A DNA stretch of 64,000 bases, from assembly GCA_037308085.1 (NCBI GenBank), contig CP147779.1:1632001-1696000 (forward strand), written 5' to 3'. A program made the translations under genes and the position numbers. Positions 48,869-59,653 of the stretch are shown here, one piece after another. Source of the stretch: Promethearchaeati archaeon SRVP18_Atabeyarchaeia-1 (GTDB taxonomy: Archaea > Asgardarchaeota > Atabeyarchaeia > Atabeyarchaeales > Atabeyarchaeaceae). The notes below the pieces were generated by a model. That model was not told where the DNA came from, did not search any database, and saw nothing but the letters and a program-made list of their open reading frames with translations. Positions within the stretch are counted from its first letter, which is position 1; each line of letters begins with the position of its first letter.

Positions 48869-49747
48869 CTAGAGCAACTCGGATGGGATGGTTAGTTGTG
48901 GAAAAGAAGTGGAGAAGTAGCGTTGTTTATGAAGAAAGGTCTCGACTAGGTTTTCGGTCGAGTACTGGTTCTGCGTGAACTCCTTGTATGTGGACTTCAT
49001 ACCGATTCTTTCGAATTGGGCTTCAGTGCCAAATACTTCGTTCAGTATCTGTTGTGCGTTTAAACCGTCTTTGCTTAGCTTCAAGATTCTCTGGCCTTTT
49101 TCTTCGCGCAAGGCTATCGATCGGTCAAGAACATTCGAAGCGTCTTCAATCGGGCCGCTTACTGCCGTAAACATTACTCGAGGAGAGAATTCTCTGATCT
49201 TCTTCAAAGATGATATGATGTGCCACTGATTCTCGTCGAGTCTTGCCGCAACAAGTTTAACCGATATGAATAGGTCTCCAACGAAAACCCAGCCTTCTCT
49301 AGGTTCAACGATAGCAATGTGGTCCAGCGAATGCCCCGGCACGTGGACCACTTGAAACTCATGATTCTCAGTCTGAATTGTGTCTCCTAAGGGAAGCCCT
49401 TCCGAAGGATCAGGATAACCCCACGTCAGTTCCTGATAGGGATAGAGTTTGGGAATCAGTCTAAGCAAGGGAACAGCCAGAGGATGCGCGTATATCCGGA
49501 CTTTTCGGCCAGACTGGAGGAGATGGTTGCCTGCAATGTGATCCTCATGGTGGTGAGTGTTAATGACCGCTCTTACCTGTGACGGCTTCAGGAGGTCTAC
49601 TAGCTCCCTCTTCGTGTAGTCACACCCGGTATCAATAAGCAGGTCGTCGATAAGATACCCGGAGACCCACATGAGCGGAGTGCCTCCGACAGATTTGCTC
49701 ATCTTTATCTGTGCAACTGAGTCGCCAACATTGGTTTTCTTGATCAA
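48869..49747 (-). CDS. MBL-fold metallo-hydrolase
   Basis: THHHEDH, PGHS, VGD. Confidence 0.88.
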   Translation of the reverse strand: MIKKTNVGDSVAQIKMSKSVGGTPLMWVSGYLIDDLLIDTGCDYTKRELVDLLKPSQVRAVINTHHHEDHIAGNHLLQSGRKVRIYAHPLAVPLLRLIPKLYPYQELTWGYPDPSEGLPLGDTIQTENHEFQVVHVPGHSLDHIAIVEPREGWVFVGDLFISVKLVAARLDENQWHIISSLKKIREFSPRVMFTAVSGPIEDASNVLDRSIALREEKGQRILKLSKDGLNAQQILNEVFGTEAQFERIGMKSTYKEFTQNQYSTENLVETFLHKQRYFSTSFPQLTIPSELL

Positions 49748-49928
49748 GCCGATTCGACCTCCGAGGATCTAGAGCTATCTGTTTTGGCGCGCGTTCTTTT
49801 TGAGGTTGAAGGTTTTGACGCACAATCTTATTTCTTACGTCGATTCTACTGGGGTTTGTGGATCGCTGTCGCAAGACTCTCTGGTTCCCATAGTGAAGCT
49901 GCTCGGCGTTAGGTCAAAGAAAGGCGAC

Positions 49929-51260
49929 TCATTTGAGATAGCCCAAATGCTCCTTCTGGAGCTGAATGATCTCATCCAGCATCTTCTGTGCACTGCTGAC
50001 GCTGTCGACTGTTGGGTCGACGAGTAGCGCTTCTAGAGCTTTCTGCTTGGAGCCAGTTATGGCGGCTTCGGCAGCTAACTCCTGAACTGCGGCTTGGTTC
50101 TTCATCAAGCTTGCGAGTCCTGTGGGCATGCGCCCGACATTGATGCCGTGAACTCCGTTCTTGTCAACTGTAGCGGGGCATTCGACAACGATATCCTGCG
50201 GCAGGTTTTCGATTATCCCTTCGTTTGGAAGGTTTACAGAGAGCTCCTCATGCTTAGAGTCTGTCAGCATCCCTTCGATGATGGGGATTACTCTTTCGCC
50301 GGAGGGCCGGAGCCACAGCTTGGCCGGTCTCTTGTTTTCAACTATTCTCTTCAGCTCCTTAGGCTCATCCGTGGTGACGAGCTTGTAGTCGTTATAGAAA
50401 TTGCGGCATGCCTTGAGGTCGGCAACTTCCCACGCCCACTGGATGTATTCACCGAAGTGAGTATCATGCGTATATGGCAAGTAACCGTAGATTCTTAGTA
50501 TCTCTGCGGTCAACCCAAAGGATTTGTCGATCCCGTATTTCAGGTCATTTGAGGTGCGGACCTTTTCAAAATACGCTTTGGCTTTGCTCTTTATGTCAGG
50601 ATAGGCATCTCTACCGGTGTCTCTGTACTTGACCTCGAGGAGTACTCCGAAATGATTTAGCCCTGCTCCCTTGAATTGCAGATTTGAGTAGGAAGTATTC
50701 AGCATTTCAGGGAGGAAAAGCTCTACGAATCCAATTTCATGGCAAAGACCGACAAGTTTCACTCTTTTCGCGAACTTTTTCTTGACCGCCAGGCAGATCC
50801 TGCTCATGGGGTTACTGAAATTTATCACCCAAGCATTTGGGCATATCTTCTCAACATCTTTGCAGATCTCGATTATTGGAGGGATTATTCTGAGCGAGTG
50901 AAAAAGCCCACCGGGTCCACCATTCTCCCCGAATATTTGTTTGTTCCCATACTTGCGTGGCACCTCGTAGTCCTGTTCCCATAGCTTGAATCTGTTTCCA
51001 ACCTCGATTGAAATAACCACAAAATCAGCGCCCTTGAGGGCCTCAGGTCGTGAAGTTGTCGCTTCAAGCTTGACGTTAAGCTTCTTCTCTTCTATGGCCA
51101 TTTGGCAAGCTTTGCGAACCATCTCCAGTGTAGTTGGATTGATGTCATGAAGGACAATGGTTGATTCACTTAGTGTCTTACTCATAAGAATATCGGCAAC
51201 TGTTCCCAGGCCGAACTGAGCGCTACCTGCTCCTACAAGAACAATCCTGCTGTCTCTCAT
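49929..51260 (-). CDS. glycoside hydrolase family 4 (alpha-galactosidase/glucosidase)
   Basis: GAGS, GENGGPGG, NFSNP, GLCH, GLNH. Confidence 0.92.
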   Translation of the reverse strand: MRDSRIVLVGAGSAQFGLGTVADILMSKTLSESTIVLHDINPTTLEMVRKACQMAIEEKKLNVKLEATTSRPEALKGADFVVISIEVGNRFKLWEQDYEVPRKYGNKQIFGENGGPGGLFHSLRIIPPIIEICKDVEKICPNAWVINFSNPMSRICLAVKKKFAKRVKLVGLCHEIGFVELFLPEMLNTSYSNLQFKGAGLNHFGVLLEVKYRDTGRDAYPDIKSKAKAYFEKVRTSNDLKYGIDKSFGLTAEILRIYGYLPYTHDTHFGEYIQWAWEVADLKACRNFYNDYKLVTTDEPKELKRIVENKRPAKLWLRPSGERVIPIIEGMLTDSKHEELSVNLPNEGIIENLPQDIVVECPATVDKNGVHGINVGRMPTGLASLMKNQAAVQELAAEAAITGSKQKALEALLVDPTVDSVSSAQKMLDEIIQLQKEHLGYLK

Positions 51261-51586
51261 CTTCTAACACCTCGATAGCATATCCGATAACGTCCTCTTG
51301 AGTCACGTCTCCTAGGTCTTGCAGGCTTGACCTAAAAAGGATTGCCTCCACATAATTATGTCAAAGCCTCACGGGGAAAATGGAATCCCACGCGATTGCA
51401 TTTACCCGTGGTCGGGCGATCAACGCGTACGTGAGGGAAGCGATGGTGGATCAGCGGAAAAACAACCTATAAGAGCGAAAAGGGGCGGCAATCAGTTAAT
51501 TCCCCTTCTGATCTTCTGAAGACGCGATTGGCTCGCCAGCCAAAGGCTAAGCACAGGAGAAACAACCTCGAAAGAATGAACAGATT

Positions 51587-51904
51587 CTAGCCCAAGGCCA
51601 CTATTTCCAACGCGCTAAGGTTCCTGAACCTCTTGGCCTGTTCCTCTCCAGCTATCTTGGTTATGATCGTGTCGACTGCTTCATTAAACGCATATACCAT
51701 TTGGAACCCTTCTTCATAGGTAATCCATTTTTCGGCGATCTTCTCAGCATCGTCGGATATGTCGTATTGCTCATCCTTGTATCGAACGTAGACCTTCCGG
51801 TTGTCCCAATCCACCCCTGGGCCATAAAGATCTCGGTGCAGGTTTATTGAGTCGGCGATGGAAAGACTCGGGTCCTCGCTTCGTAGGTCATCCATAGTCT
51901 TCAT
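51587..51904 (-). CDS. hypothetical protein
   Basis: Plausible ORF from MKTMDDL after an AAGGA RBS-like site. Confidence 0.5.
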   Translation of the reverse strand: MKTMDDLRSEDPSLSIADSINLHRDLYGPGVDWDNRKVYVRYKDEQYDISDDAEKIAEKWITYEEGFQMVYAFNEAVDTIITKIAGEEQAKRFRNLSALEIVALG

Positions 51905-52105
51905 GCTAGTTCCTTCTATCCTCATGAGAAGATGCTGAACAAAGGTTCCAATTAGCCAGCAAGTCTGATTCCACTCCGCATTGCAGAGTCTCTTCTTCCC
52001 GCTACAATTCCCTGACAACTGGATTCCAACTCCTAGTACTCTGCACGGTAATCAGCATTGGAGACATAAAAAGAGCGCTGATATTCGTGGAACACACATA
52101 CTTAC

Positions 52106-52336
52106 AAACGCAAGCCAGAGATCGCGCGCCACTGAAGGGCGGGAAGGATGTCTAACCCAAATAGAGGTACGTGCGTCTTTCGGGGCAATAGACACGATTC
52201 TTGACGAATCTACGCCTTAGGAGATCGAGTCCCCTGCCCTGACGCCCCCAGGCGGTCTCAGGCGCATCCCATATTCCAGCTCGAGCTCGGCTCATGAATC
52301 AGGAAGCCAACACCGTTCAGTGGATTCATGGCTCAC
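52106..52336 (+). mobile_element. 231-bp IS200/IS605-type MITE, copy B (diverged, inverted relative to A)
   Basis: TTAC|AAACGC start, GAATCTACGCC and ATGAATCAGGAAGCCAACACC cores, TCAC end. Confidence 0.75.
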
Positions 52337-52360
52337 AAATAGTCTTCACAGTTGCTAGCT

Positions 52361-53764
52361 TCACAAATGTTGCGTTGAGCGCACAAGTCTATCAGCCTTC
52401 CTCGTCGTGGCGTAGATCACCGATGAGATCGAATACAGGAAGACCATGGCTGATATCGAATATGTATAGCCGTACGGCGTCGGAACCGCGTTGAGAATCA
52501 GCGACGTGAGCGATGGGCTGATGCCGTTGGGAACGCTAAAGGCTATGCTCACCAAGGAATTAACGACCCCCCTTCTATTTGCCGGCGAATGATCCATGAG
52601 TAGGGCCGATGTTAGCGGACCAATCATGTTCATCAAGTCAGTTCTGGCAATGTACGCGATTACGGCGAGGTAAAGGTTCATCTGAAATGGCACTATTGCA
52701 AGATACCCAGCGAATGCTATTGAGGCAGTCTGGAACGCGACGATTGTTCCAACTCTTCCGCCGTGCTTCGTAGCATGCCGCGCCACCCATGGCGTAACCA
52801 TGCTGCCCAATGCCATCCCAACATCACCGAGAACCGTGATTCCGGCGATGGACTCATCGGAAAGTCTGAAGATATCCCTCCAATAGTAAGTGAAGAGCGG
52901 TATTATGAAACCCGCGCCAAAGCCTATGAGAACATTTATAGCTATAATCTTCTGGACTACCCTACTATTCCAGAGTGACTTTGGTGGCTCGTAGAGGCGC
53001 TCAGGTTCTTCCGCCTTCCTGGTCGGCGTCATGCCGTATTGTTCTGAGTCTCCGGCCTTATCGATGGGGAACCTCCCAATGTCGATTGATGGACTCGCAG
53101 GGCGATCCTTGTCGACGCGATGAGGAGTCCCTATGAAGAAAAGGGGTATCACTGCCAGCAAACCTAGAACTGCCGAAAACGCCAGCATGAACCTATAATA
53201 GAAGTCACTTTGCAGAATTGTCGCGAAGAAAGCAGAATACACCATGAAAAACAGCGTTCCGACGGTGGTTGATCCCACGCTCGCAAATGCGACAAGACCA
53301 TAGGATTTCTCTCTTTTGTATCCCCTTGTGATATCGGCCACGAGTGAAGCCTGCGCAGGGCTAATCAGCGCGGAGCCTGCTGATAGAAGCCCAGAACCCA
53401 GAAGCAGATGCCACCACTCGGTGGACAACGGAGCAATGAACCCGCCCACGGCCGAGAGCGATCCCCCGATTATTAGAGCTCGCTTTCTTCCAACCTTGTC
53501 AGCCAAGAACCCTGAGGGAACAAGCAGAGAAGACAACGCCAGACTTCCAACCAAGTAATACAGAGAGTAGTGCCCTCGGTATATCGACTCGACACCACCA
53601 TCGAGGTACGCCATAAAGAACATGACGAGAATCGAATAGGTTCCACCAGACAAGCCACTGAAGACCAAGAATACGAGTAGCTTGCTCATCCAAGGATCCT
53701 TGACGATCGAGGACCATGAGGAAGAACGAAAACGTGGGTGGAAATGTGGATGGGGAAAGCGCAT
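52361..53764 (-). CDS. MFS transporter
   Basis: GFLADKVGRKR; 12 TM. Confidence 0.9.
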   Translation of the reverse strand: MRFPHPHFHPRFRSSSWSSIVKDPWMSKLLVFLVFSGLSGGTYSILVMFFMAYLDGGVESIYRGHYSLYYLVGSLALSSLLVPSGFLADKVGRKRALIIGGSLSAVGGFIAPLSTEWWHLLLGSGLLSAGSALISPAQASLVADITRGYKREKSYGLVAFASVGSTTVGTLFFMVYSAFFATILQSDFYYRFMLAFSAVLGLLAVIPLFFIGTPHRVDKDRPASPSIDIGRFPIDKAGDSEQYGMTPTRKAEEPERLYEPPKSLWNSRVVQKIIAINVLIGFGAGFIIPLFTYYWRDIFRLSDESIAGITVLGDVGMALGSMVTPWVARHATKHGGRVGTIVAFQTASIAFAGYLAIVPFQMNLYLAVIAYIARTDLMNMIGPLTSALLMDHSPANRRGVVNSLVSIAFSVPNGISPSLTSLILNAVPTPYGYTYSISAMVFLYSISSVIYATTRKADRLVRSTQHL

Positions 53765-53872
53765 GGGATCATCTTCTACTCGATCGTTCTGCCAGCAGAA
53801 ATAACGAGAAGTAGATAAATGTAGTTGTGATGAAACATGCGTTACTCGGCCATTTCGCCGCTACCTTGCGAA

Positions 53873-55318
53873 TCATTCCTTCGCCTGTTTCCACTGCTTA
53901 ACTAGTAGCCTATCCTTTTTCCTAGTTGTCGAGAGAAGAGCCGTTCCGCATATGTACGTGCCGACCAATATCAGGGTTGAGTACGTGTATCCATAATTAC
54001 CCGGGACTGAACCTATAATCCGGCCCGAAAGGTTTGTGCTTATGCCGTTTGGCACGTTGAAGATCAGTTGCGTAAGAGAGTTGACTCTTCCTCTTTGGGC
54101 TACAGGCGTGTGGTCCATGGTTAGGGCTGACATGAGTGGGCTAACCATGTTCATCAGAGCTTGTCTAGCGATGAACGCTAGTACTGCAGGCAGGAGGAAT
54201 AGGTAGTAAGGGACTGTGGCAAGATACGCCGCGCAAGCTATCGAAGCAACTTGGCACGCTATGGTGGTTCCAACCCTTCCCCCAAGCCTCTTGGCCCTTC
54301 TTGATACCATGGGAGCTATCAGACCTCCGACAGCTACCCCCAGTTCTCCAAGAAGAGCTATGGTGTAGATTAGGGGCTGTGGCAACTTGAATAGGTCCCT
54401 CCAAAAGTAGTTGAAGAGTGGTACTAAGAATCCTGCACCAAAACCTATTACACCTTGAAATATGAGTATCTTCAGGACTACGCTGTTCCTCAAGGGGTTC
54501 CTTGGTGGCTCATTCAATTGCTTCTGCTCTAGTGTGTTCACAGGATCTGAGGCGGAGGAGTCGGATTTCGGGGGGGGACCAGCGCAGCCAGGTCCGTCCT
54601 TTGGAGGCTGGCGGGGGATCCTAATCAGGAACAGAGGTACCGCGGCCAAGACGGCAAGGATCGCTGCGCTGACGGATGGAAGAAAATAGTAGGTGTTGTT
54701 GGGCAACACGCCATCATACAAGAAGGAATAGATGATGAGTGCTACGGTTCCGATTACGCCAAACACCATGCTGAAGGACATCGTGATACTGTAAGCTTTC
54801 TCTCTCCTATACTCAGCTGTGACATCCGCAACGACGCAGTTCTGGGCTACGCTCACTAACGCATAGCCTATTGCAGTGCCTATTGAGAAGTAGATAATGT
54901 GCCACCATTCCGTGGCAAGTGGCAGAACGAATGTTCCTAGGGCCACCGCGGTAGAACCCATCATCAATACTGGCTTTCGACCCATCTTGTCGGTCAGGTA
55001 TCCCCCGATGGGAAGGGCGAGCGACATGGCTATTTGGAAAACTAGGTACTGCAACGCAAAGTGACCTATGGAGTCGACCCCTTTGTCCAAGTAGGGGATG
55101 AAGAAGTAGATCAGGTTGTTGTAAACACCGTAGCTGAGTCCGCTGAACGCCATGTTGACTAGGAGTTTGCTTATTGCAGGGTCTCTGATTATGGAAGACC
55201 ATGATAACTGCTTGGGCGTCAGTTTCGTGGATGACATGGCGGACCCGACTCCAGTTGTTCTACCCATCGAATGCTCTGCAAGGAAAGATCGTTTCTCAAG
55301 AAATAGGCTAAAAGTCAA
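53873..55318 (-). CDS. MFS transporter (tandem paralogue)
   Basis: GYLTDKMGRK; shares SWSSI..DP, IGFGAGF, GGRVGT with its neighbour. Confidence 0.9.
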   Translation of the reverse strand: MTFSLFLEKRSFLAEHSMGRTTGVGSAMSSTKLTPKQLSWSSIIRDPAISKLLVNMAFSGLSYGVYNNLIYFFIPYLDKGVDSIGHFALQYLVFQIAMSLALPIGGYLTDKMGRKPVLMMGSTAVALGTFVLPLATEWWHIIYFSIGTAIGYALVSVAQNCVVADVTAEYRREKAYSITMSFSMVFGVIGTVALIIYSFLYDGVLPNNTYYFLPSVSAAILAVLAAVPLFLIRIPRQPPKDGPGCAGPPPKSDSSASDPVNTLEQKQLNEPPRNPLRNSVVLKILIFQGVIGFGAGFLVPLFNYFWRDLFKLPQPLIYTIALLGELGVAVGGLIAPMVSRRAKRLGGRVGTTIACQVASIACAAYLATVPYYLFLLPAVLAFIARQALMNMVSPLMSALTMDHTPVAQRGRVNSLTQLIFNVPNGISTNLSGRIIGSVPGNYGYTYSTLILVGTYICGTALLSTTRKKDRLLVKQWKQAKE

Positions 55319-55635
55319 AGTAGAGTGACGTTGTTATTTTATAAAGGTACCTTCCACGAGGTTGGCGTCGCACGTTTGCTTTAACTGTGACAACTGGCAT
55401 TTGATGCTTTTCGCTGTAGTCATGATCCCTATATACCGTTATCAAACTTCTGCAGGCAATGTTAAGCTGAAGCGGGAGAAGCGGGTTCTATCCAAGTCGA
55501 ACTCCACACTTTAGCCAGAGGGAAATGATGTTTGAGGTTGACGCCATCGTCGCCGAAGACCAGTATATACTAATGGGCTTTTTCCGCGCGGACCGCGCAT
55601 TTTATATATAACCAAATAATGTATATATAACCGAG

Positions 55636-56736
55636 GTGGACGGAGTGGAACAGAGAAGAATAATATCGTTGGGCAGAGGTTCACTGGTCGTTTCACTGCC
55701 AAAGTATTGGCTGAAGCTGAATGGGCTGAAGAAAGGGGACGAGGTCTCGTTAACTCTGCAACAGAATCGCTCATTGGTTATCCTGCCAGGTTCGGGAATG
55801 AAGCAGAGTAGCAGAGAGGTTGTCATCGAGATCAAACCCAATGACAGTCAAGCAACAATCATGAGGCGAATCATCGCCTGCTACTTGAACGGCTATTCCG
55901 GCATAAGGATCATCTCGAACGATATACTTAATGTTTCCCAGCAGAGGGCCATACGCAAAGCGGCAAATATGCTCTTCATGAACATAATGGAAGCCTCAAC
56001 AAAGGGAGTGCACATTCAGATTCTGATGGATGACTCCAAAGCTTATGTCAATGCTGGGATCCAGAGGATGCATGCCATAGCAGACTCAATGTGTAAGGAC
56101 ACCATGATTTCGCTGAAGACTTTCGACACGTCACTAGCTAAGGTTGTATACTCACTTGACAATGATGTAGATCACTTGTCCTTTCTGGAATTGAGGCTTC
56201 TTAGAAGCGCTGCCACAAATCCAGCGCTGGCGAATGACCTTAGCCTTAATCTCATAGACTGCCTAGACCACCAGACACTGGTGCACAGAATCGAGCAGAC
56301 GGCGGACCAAGCTGCGAACATTGTCAGGAACTTGATAGTCCTTGAAGGCGAGAGACAGAGGATTCCGGATGACATGCTTGGATTAATGGCAGAGGTCGGC
56401 GAAAAGGCACATGTCATGTATGATCGAGCAGTGAAGGCTTACTTCGCGAGAGATATGGCGGAGTCAGAGAACATAATAGAGCAAGATGAAGAGATAGAGA
56501 AGCTGGGAAGAGAGATCGCTTCCAAGACTTTTGCAAACACGCAGAATAGCAGCATGGTGGTGTGCTCAATCTGCTCGATCCGGGACAGCATAAGGAGAAT
56601 GGCTGAATTCGCCGTCGATATCGCGGAGAGTTCAATCAACCGTATGTACGAGCTAAGGCCTCGCTTGGAGGGACGAGAGAAAGCCCTTCTCGAAAAAGAG
56701 GCAAAGGTCACTCCTAAGGTCCCTGAAGTAGCTTAG
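55636..56736 (+). CDS. AbrB-PhoU family regulator
   Basis: RRIISLGRGSLVVSLPK.W, IIACYLNGY, two PhoU repeats. Confidence 0.9.
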   Translation: MDGVEQRRIISLGRGSLVVSLPKYWLKLNGLKKGDEVSLTLQQNRSLVILPGSGMKQSSREVVIEIKPNDSQATIMRRIIACYLNGYSGIRIISNDILNVSQQRAIRKAANMLFMNIMEASTKGVHIQILMDDSKAYVNAGIQRMHAIADSMCKDTMISLKTFDTSLAKVVYSLDNDVDHLSFLELRLLRSAATNPALANDLSLNLIDCLDHQTLVHRIEQTADQAANIVRNLIVLEGERQRIPDDMLGLMAEVGEKAHVMYDRAVKAYFARDMAESENIIEQDEEIEKLGREIASKTFANTQNSSMVVCSICSIRDSIRRMAEFAVDIAESSINRMYELRPRLEGREKALLEKEAKVTPKVPEVA

Positions 56737-56823
56737 TTGACAGGAAGATCAAAAAGAGATAGAAGAGCGCATACAGAAAAAAAAGGGGGCTGCCTGCTCC
56801 AAGAAGAGGAGCTCAGCCTTAAC

Positions 56824-58566
56824 CTAAGGAGTCCTAGTTTCGGGGTACGTTAAGGTTACGGTGAAGTCAGGAACACTGGTCTTCTTAGATAGAAGTTTCC
56901 TGGCGGAGTCGAGCGCATAGTTGTAGTCGAAAACCCCTTTTCCGCCTTCCTTAGCCTGCTTGAGTATCTCAATTTCAATCTTGTGCTTCAGCTTTCCGAT
57001 CGCAATGGGCCCAATGCCATACATTCCGCTGACAAGCTCTCTCATCTCATCCTCCGGCTTCAGTCCATCAACACCAAGCGGTGGGATGGCGTTTATGTCA
57101 GCGAAGATCTTCACTGGCTCCAGCTCATTCAGCATCTGAGCGTCTATGAGCTGAGTACTCGCTTGGGCTGCCGTGAATACCAAGTCGTTCGCGGATGCGA
57201 TCTCCATCCTCTTATCTCTCGTTGGCGCAAAGAATCCCTCTACGTTGATAGAGTACCTCTCGTATAGCTTTGAAGCGATTCCCTTGACATAGGCGTCCCC
57301 ATCAGCCCTGCCTGGGTTGGGGCTTATGATCGTTACTTCGCAGCCAAGTCGGCTCAACAAGACCGCGGCTACTTTTCCAACAGGACCAGTGCCAAAAATC
57401 GCGCATCGCTTGTTGCGGATATCACCCAAGTTATTTGCCGCCAAAGAACTCTCAGTTTTTGCCACCATTGCTGCTGCAGTCGTATACGCGCCGCTCGGGT
57501 CTATTATGACAGGAGCTTCAAATGGTGGGAACATCGCTTGCATGGCAACCTCAAGGATCTTCTCAGCCTTATCAGAGTCTTTTCCACCAATCAGGAAGCA
57601 AGTGCGCTTCGCGCCTGCGGGTCCTCTTGAGAGCAGAGCCTCTTGAATCACCACCTTCGCGTCCTCGGGTGGGATGTCGTTGTATGGTATCACGCTGTCA
57701 TATCCAGCATCGTAGCCCATGCAGATATCGAATGGGTTGACTTTCTTGCTGTCTGCGTCAAGGAAGAACAGTAGGAAAGGAATGTAGTCTGAAGCCTTCT
57801 TTATTACGGGCTTGACTTGGATTTTGAATGCTTGAAGAACTGACTCTACCTTGCCACTGCTGGGAATGGATGCGTCGGGTTGCACAGGGACGGCCTTTTT
57901 TGACATTGTCAGGACGTCGACTCTTACTTTCAGTGATTCGAGTAACTTCTTGAGGCCTTCCACTTGCTCTGGGCTGCTAATGTGGTAGCACAACAGCGGA
58001 GCGTTCTTCTTTCCATTGAACTTCTTGGCGTTGTCGAGAATACCCATAGCGATCCAGTTTTCGCGGGTTGAGAAGTTTATCTCCTTCAACTCATCCTCGA
58101 TTTCGGACTGAAGGCATTGGCCATAAGTGACCAGGTAGTCCTCCTTTTCCGTAAAAGTCTTGTCGCGTGAACCCTTCTGCTTGGAGATGGCTGATAGTTC
58201 GTCAAGGATCTTGGTTCTTACGTCGATTTTCCTCGTTATGTTGGTGAGGAGGTACGACCTAGCATTCTCGTCTATGTCGACCGGGAAGAAGGGAACATTG
58301 TGTTTCTTAAAGACGGTAAGCAGTGGGTTAGCTTCATAGAATTCCTTCTGTGAACGATCACCCAACTCTTCTGTTGCAAAGCTGGGTTTACTTCGTCTAA
58401 CTACCTCATCAAGGAACTTGGAGAAAGCCGCAGACGGCCTGGCGAGTAGCCTGCCAGGAGCGGTAGGATTCAGAGCTGATGAGAAGAATTGCTCATTGAA
58501 CTCTTTCTCAATCATCATTACACGCAAGTCAATATCTTTCAGGGGCTCAATTTCTAGAACCTTCAT
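56824..58566 (-). CDS. NAD(P)-dependent methylene-H4MPT dehydrogenase (MtdA/MtdB family) with ~260-aa N-terminal extension
   Basis: PFDICMGYDAG, SRGP, DPSGAYTTAAA, GTGPVG, DINAIPPLG. Confidence 0.85.
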   Translation of the reverse strand: MKVLEIEPLKDIDLRVMMIEKEFNEQFFSSALNPTAPGRLLARPSAAFSKFLDEVVRRSKPSFATEELGDRSQKEFYEANPLLTVFKKHNVPFFPVDIDENARSYLLTNITRKIDVRTKILDELSAISKQKGSRDKTFTEKEDYLVTYGQCLQSEIEDELKEINFSTRENWIAMGILDNAKKFNGKKNAPLLCYHISSPEQVEGLKKLLESLKVRVDVLTMSKKAVPVQPDASIPSSGKVESVLQAFKIQVKPVIKKASDYIPFLLFFLDADSKKVNPFDICMGYDAGYDSVIPYNDIPPEDAKVVIQEALLSRGPAGAKRTCFLIGGKDSDKAEKILEVAMQAMFPPFEAPVIIDPSGAYTTAAAMVAKTESSLAANNLGDIRNKRCAIFGTGPVGKVAAVLLSRLGCEVTIISPNPGRADGDAYVKGIASKLYERYSINVEGFFAPTRDKRMEIASANDLVFTAAQASTQLIDAQMLNELEPVKIFADINAIPPLGVDGLKPEDEMRELVSGMYGIGPIAIGKLKHKIEIEILKQAKEGGKGVFDYNYALDSARKLLSKKTSVPDFTVTLTYPETRTP

Positions 58567-58630
58567 TTACTGCACCTCCGTAATCGGTCAGTATTTACAT
58601 TGTAGCTGAGCTATTACTAGCTGGCAGGCG

Positions 58631-58740
58631 ATATATACGTTATCGTAATAGTATATAGCTGGGTATATACAGTATATACCATGACGAAACCGAAAATATA
58701 AAAGTCGATTGATTATGAAAACACCGAACAAAGTATATAA
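58631..58740. promoter_or_regulatory. cluster of GTATATAC-like boxes in the divergent mtd/nfnAB promoter
   Basis: Boxes at 58631, 58651, 58663, 58672, 58733. Confidence 0.5.
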
Positions 58741-58762
58741 AATATGCGACGCGTAGCCCTAG

Positions 58763-59626
58763 TTGCCTTTGCAAAGACAGGTGATACCGTTGTATGAGAT
58801 TGTCTCGGCAGAAGAACTAGCCCCAAGTATCAAGAGAATGGTGATAAAAGCCCCAGTTGTAGCCAGGAAGATACAGCCCGGGCAATTCGTGGTCATCAGA
58901 ATAAACGAAAACGGCGAAAGAATTCCACTGACTCACGCCGACGAGTCACCTGAGGACGGAACGGTCACGATCGTCTTTCAGGAGGTCGGCAAGAGCACCA
59001 AACTGCTCGGCACCCTAGGTCCAGGCGATTCAGTCTTGGATTTTCTGGGACCCCTGGGGGTGCCACTAGAAGTGAAGAAGTACGGAACCGTCGTGCTCCT
59101 TGGTGGCGGAGTCGGAATACCTCCTCTGTATCCGAAGGGCAAGGCCCTCAAGAAGGCTGGAAACTACGTCGTCTCTATAATAGGCGCTCGAAACAAGGAT
59201 CTCCTGATCATGGAGGACGAAATGAAGAGTGTATCCGACGAACTAATAGTCACAACCGACGATGGCTCCAAAGGTAGGAAAGGATTCACAACGGACGCAC
59301 TCAGAGATGTCCTGAAGAGCAGAAAGGTCGATCTGGTCATCACTGTGGGTCCCCTGATTATGATGAAGAACGCCACCCTCGTCGCGAAAGAGAGCGGTGT
59401 CAGGATCGAAGTAAGCTTGAACCCGATCATGGTTGACGCGACGGGCATGTGTGGTGGCTGCCGATGCACAGTAGGTGGCGAAATGAAGTTTGCATGTGTC
59501 CACGGACCAATGTTTGATGGGACTAAAGTCAATTTTGACGAATTAATGAAGAGAGCAAGAACCTATACTGAAGAGGAGAAAGTCTCCCAAGATTTGTACA
59601 ATAAAGAACTCACTGCAAAGAGTTGA
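58763..59626 (+). CDS. nfnA: NfnA/SudB small subunit
   Basis: PGQF, ERIPLT, GPLG, GGGVG, MVDATGMCGGCR, FACVHGP. Confidence 0.88.
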   Translation: MPLQRQVIPLYEIVSAEELAPSIKRMVIKAPVVARKIQPGQFVVIRINENGERIPLTHADESPEDGTVTIVFQEVGKSTKLLGTLGPGDSVLDFLGPLGVPLEVKKYGTVVLLGGGVGIPPLYPKGKALKKAGNYVVSIIGARNKDLLIMEDEMKSVSDELIVTTDDGSKGRKGFTTDALRDVLKSRKVDLVITVGPLIMMKNATLVAKESGVRIEVSLNPIMVDATGMCGGCRCTVGGEMKFACVHGPMFDGTKVNFDELMKRARTYTEEEKVSQDLYNKELTAKS

Positions 59627-59653
59627 AGCAGGACAGAGTGAGGCGGATACACC

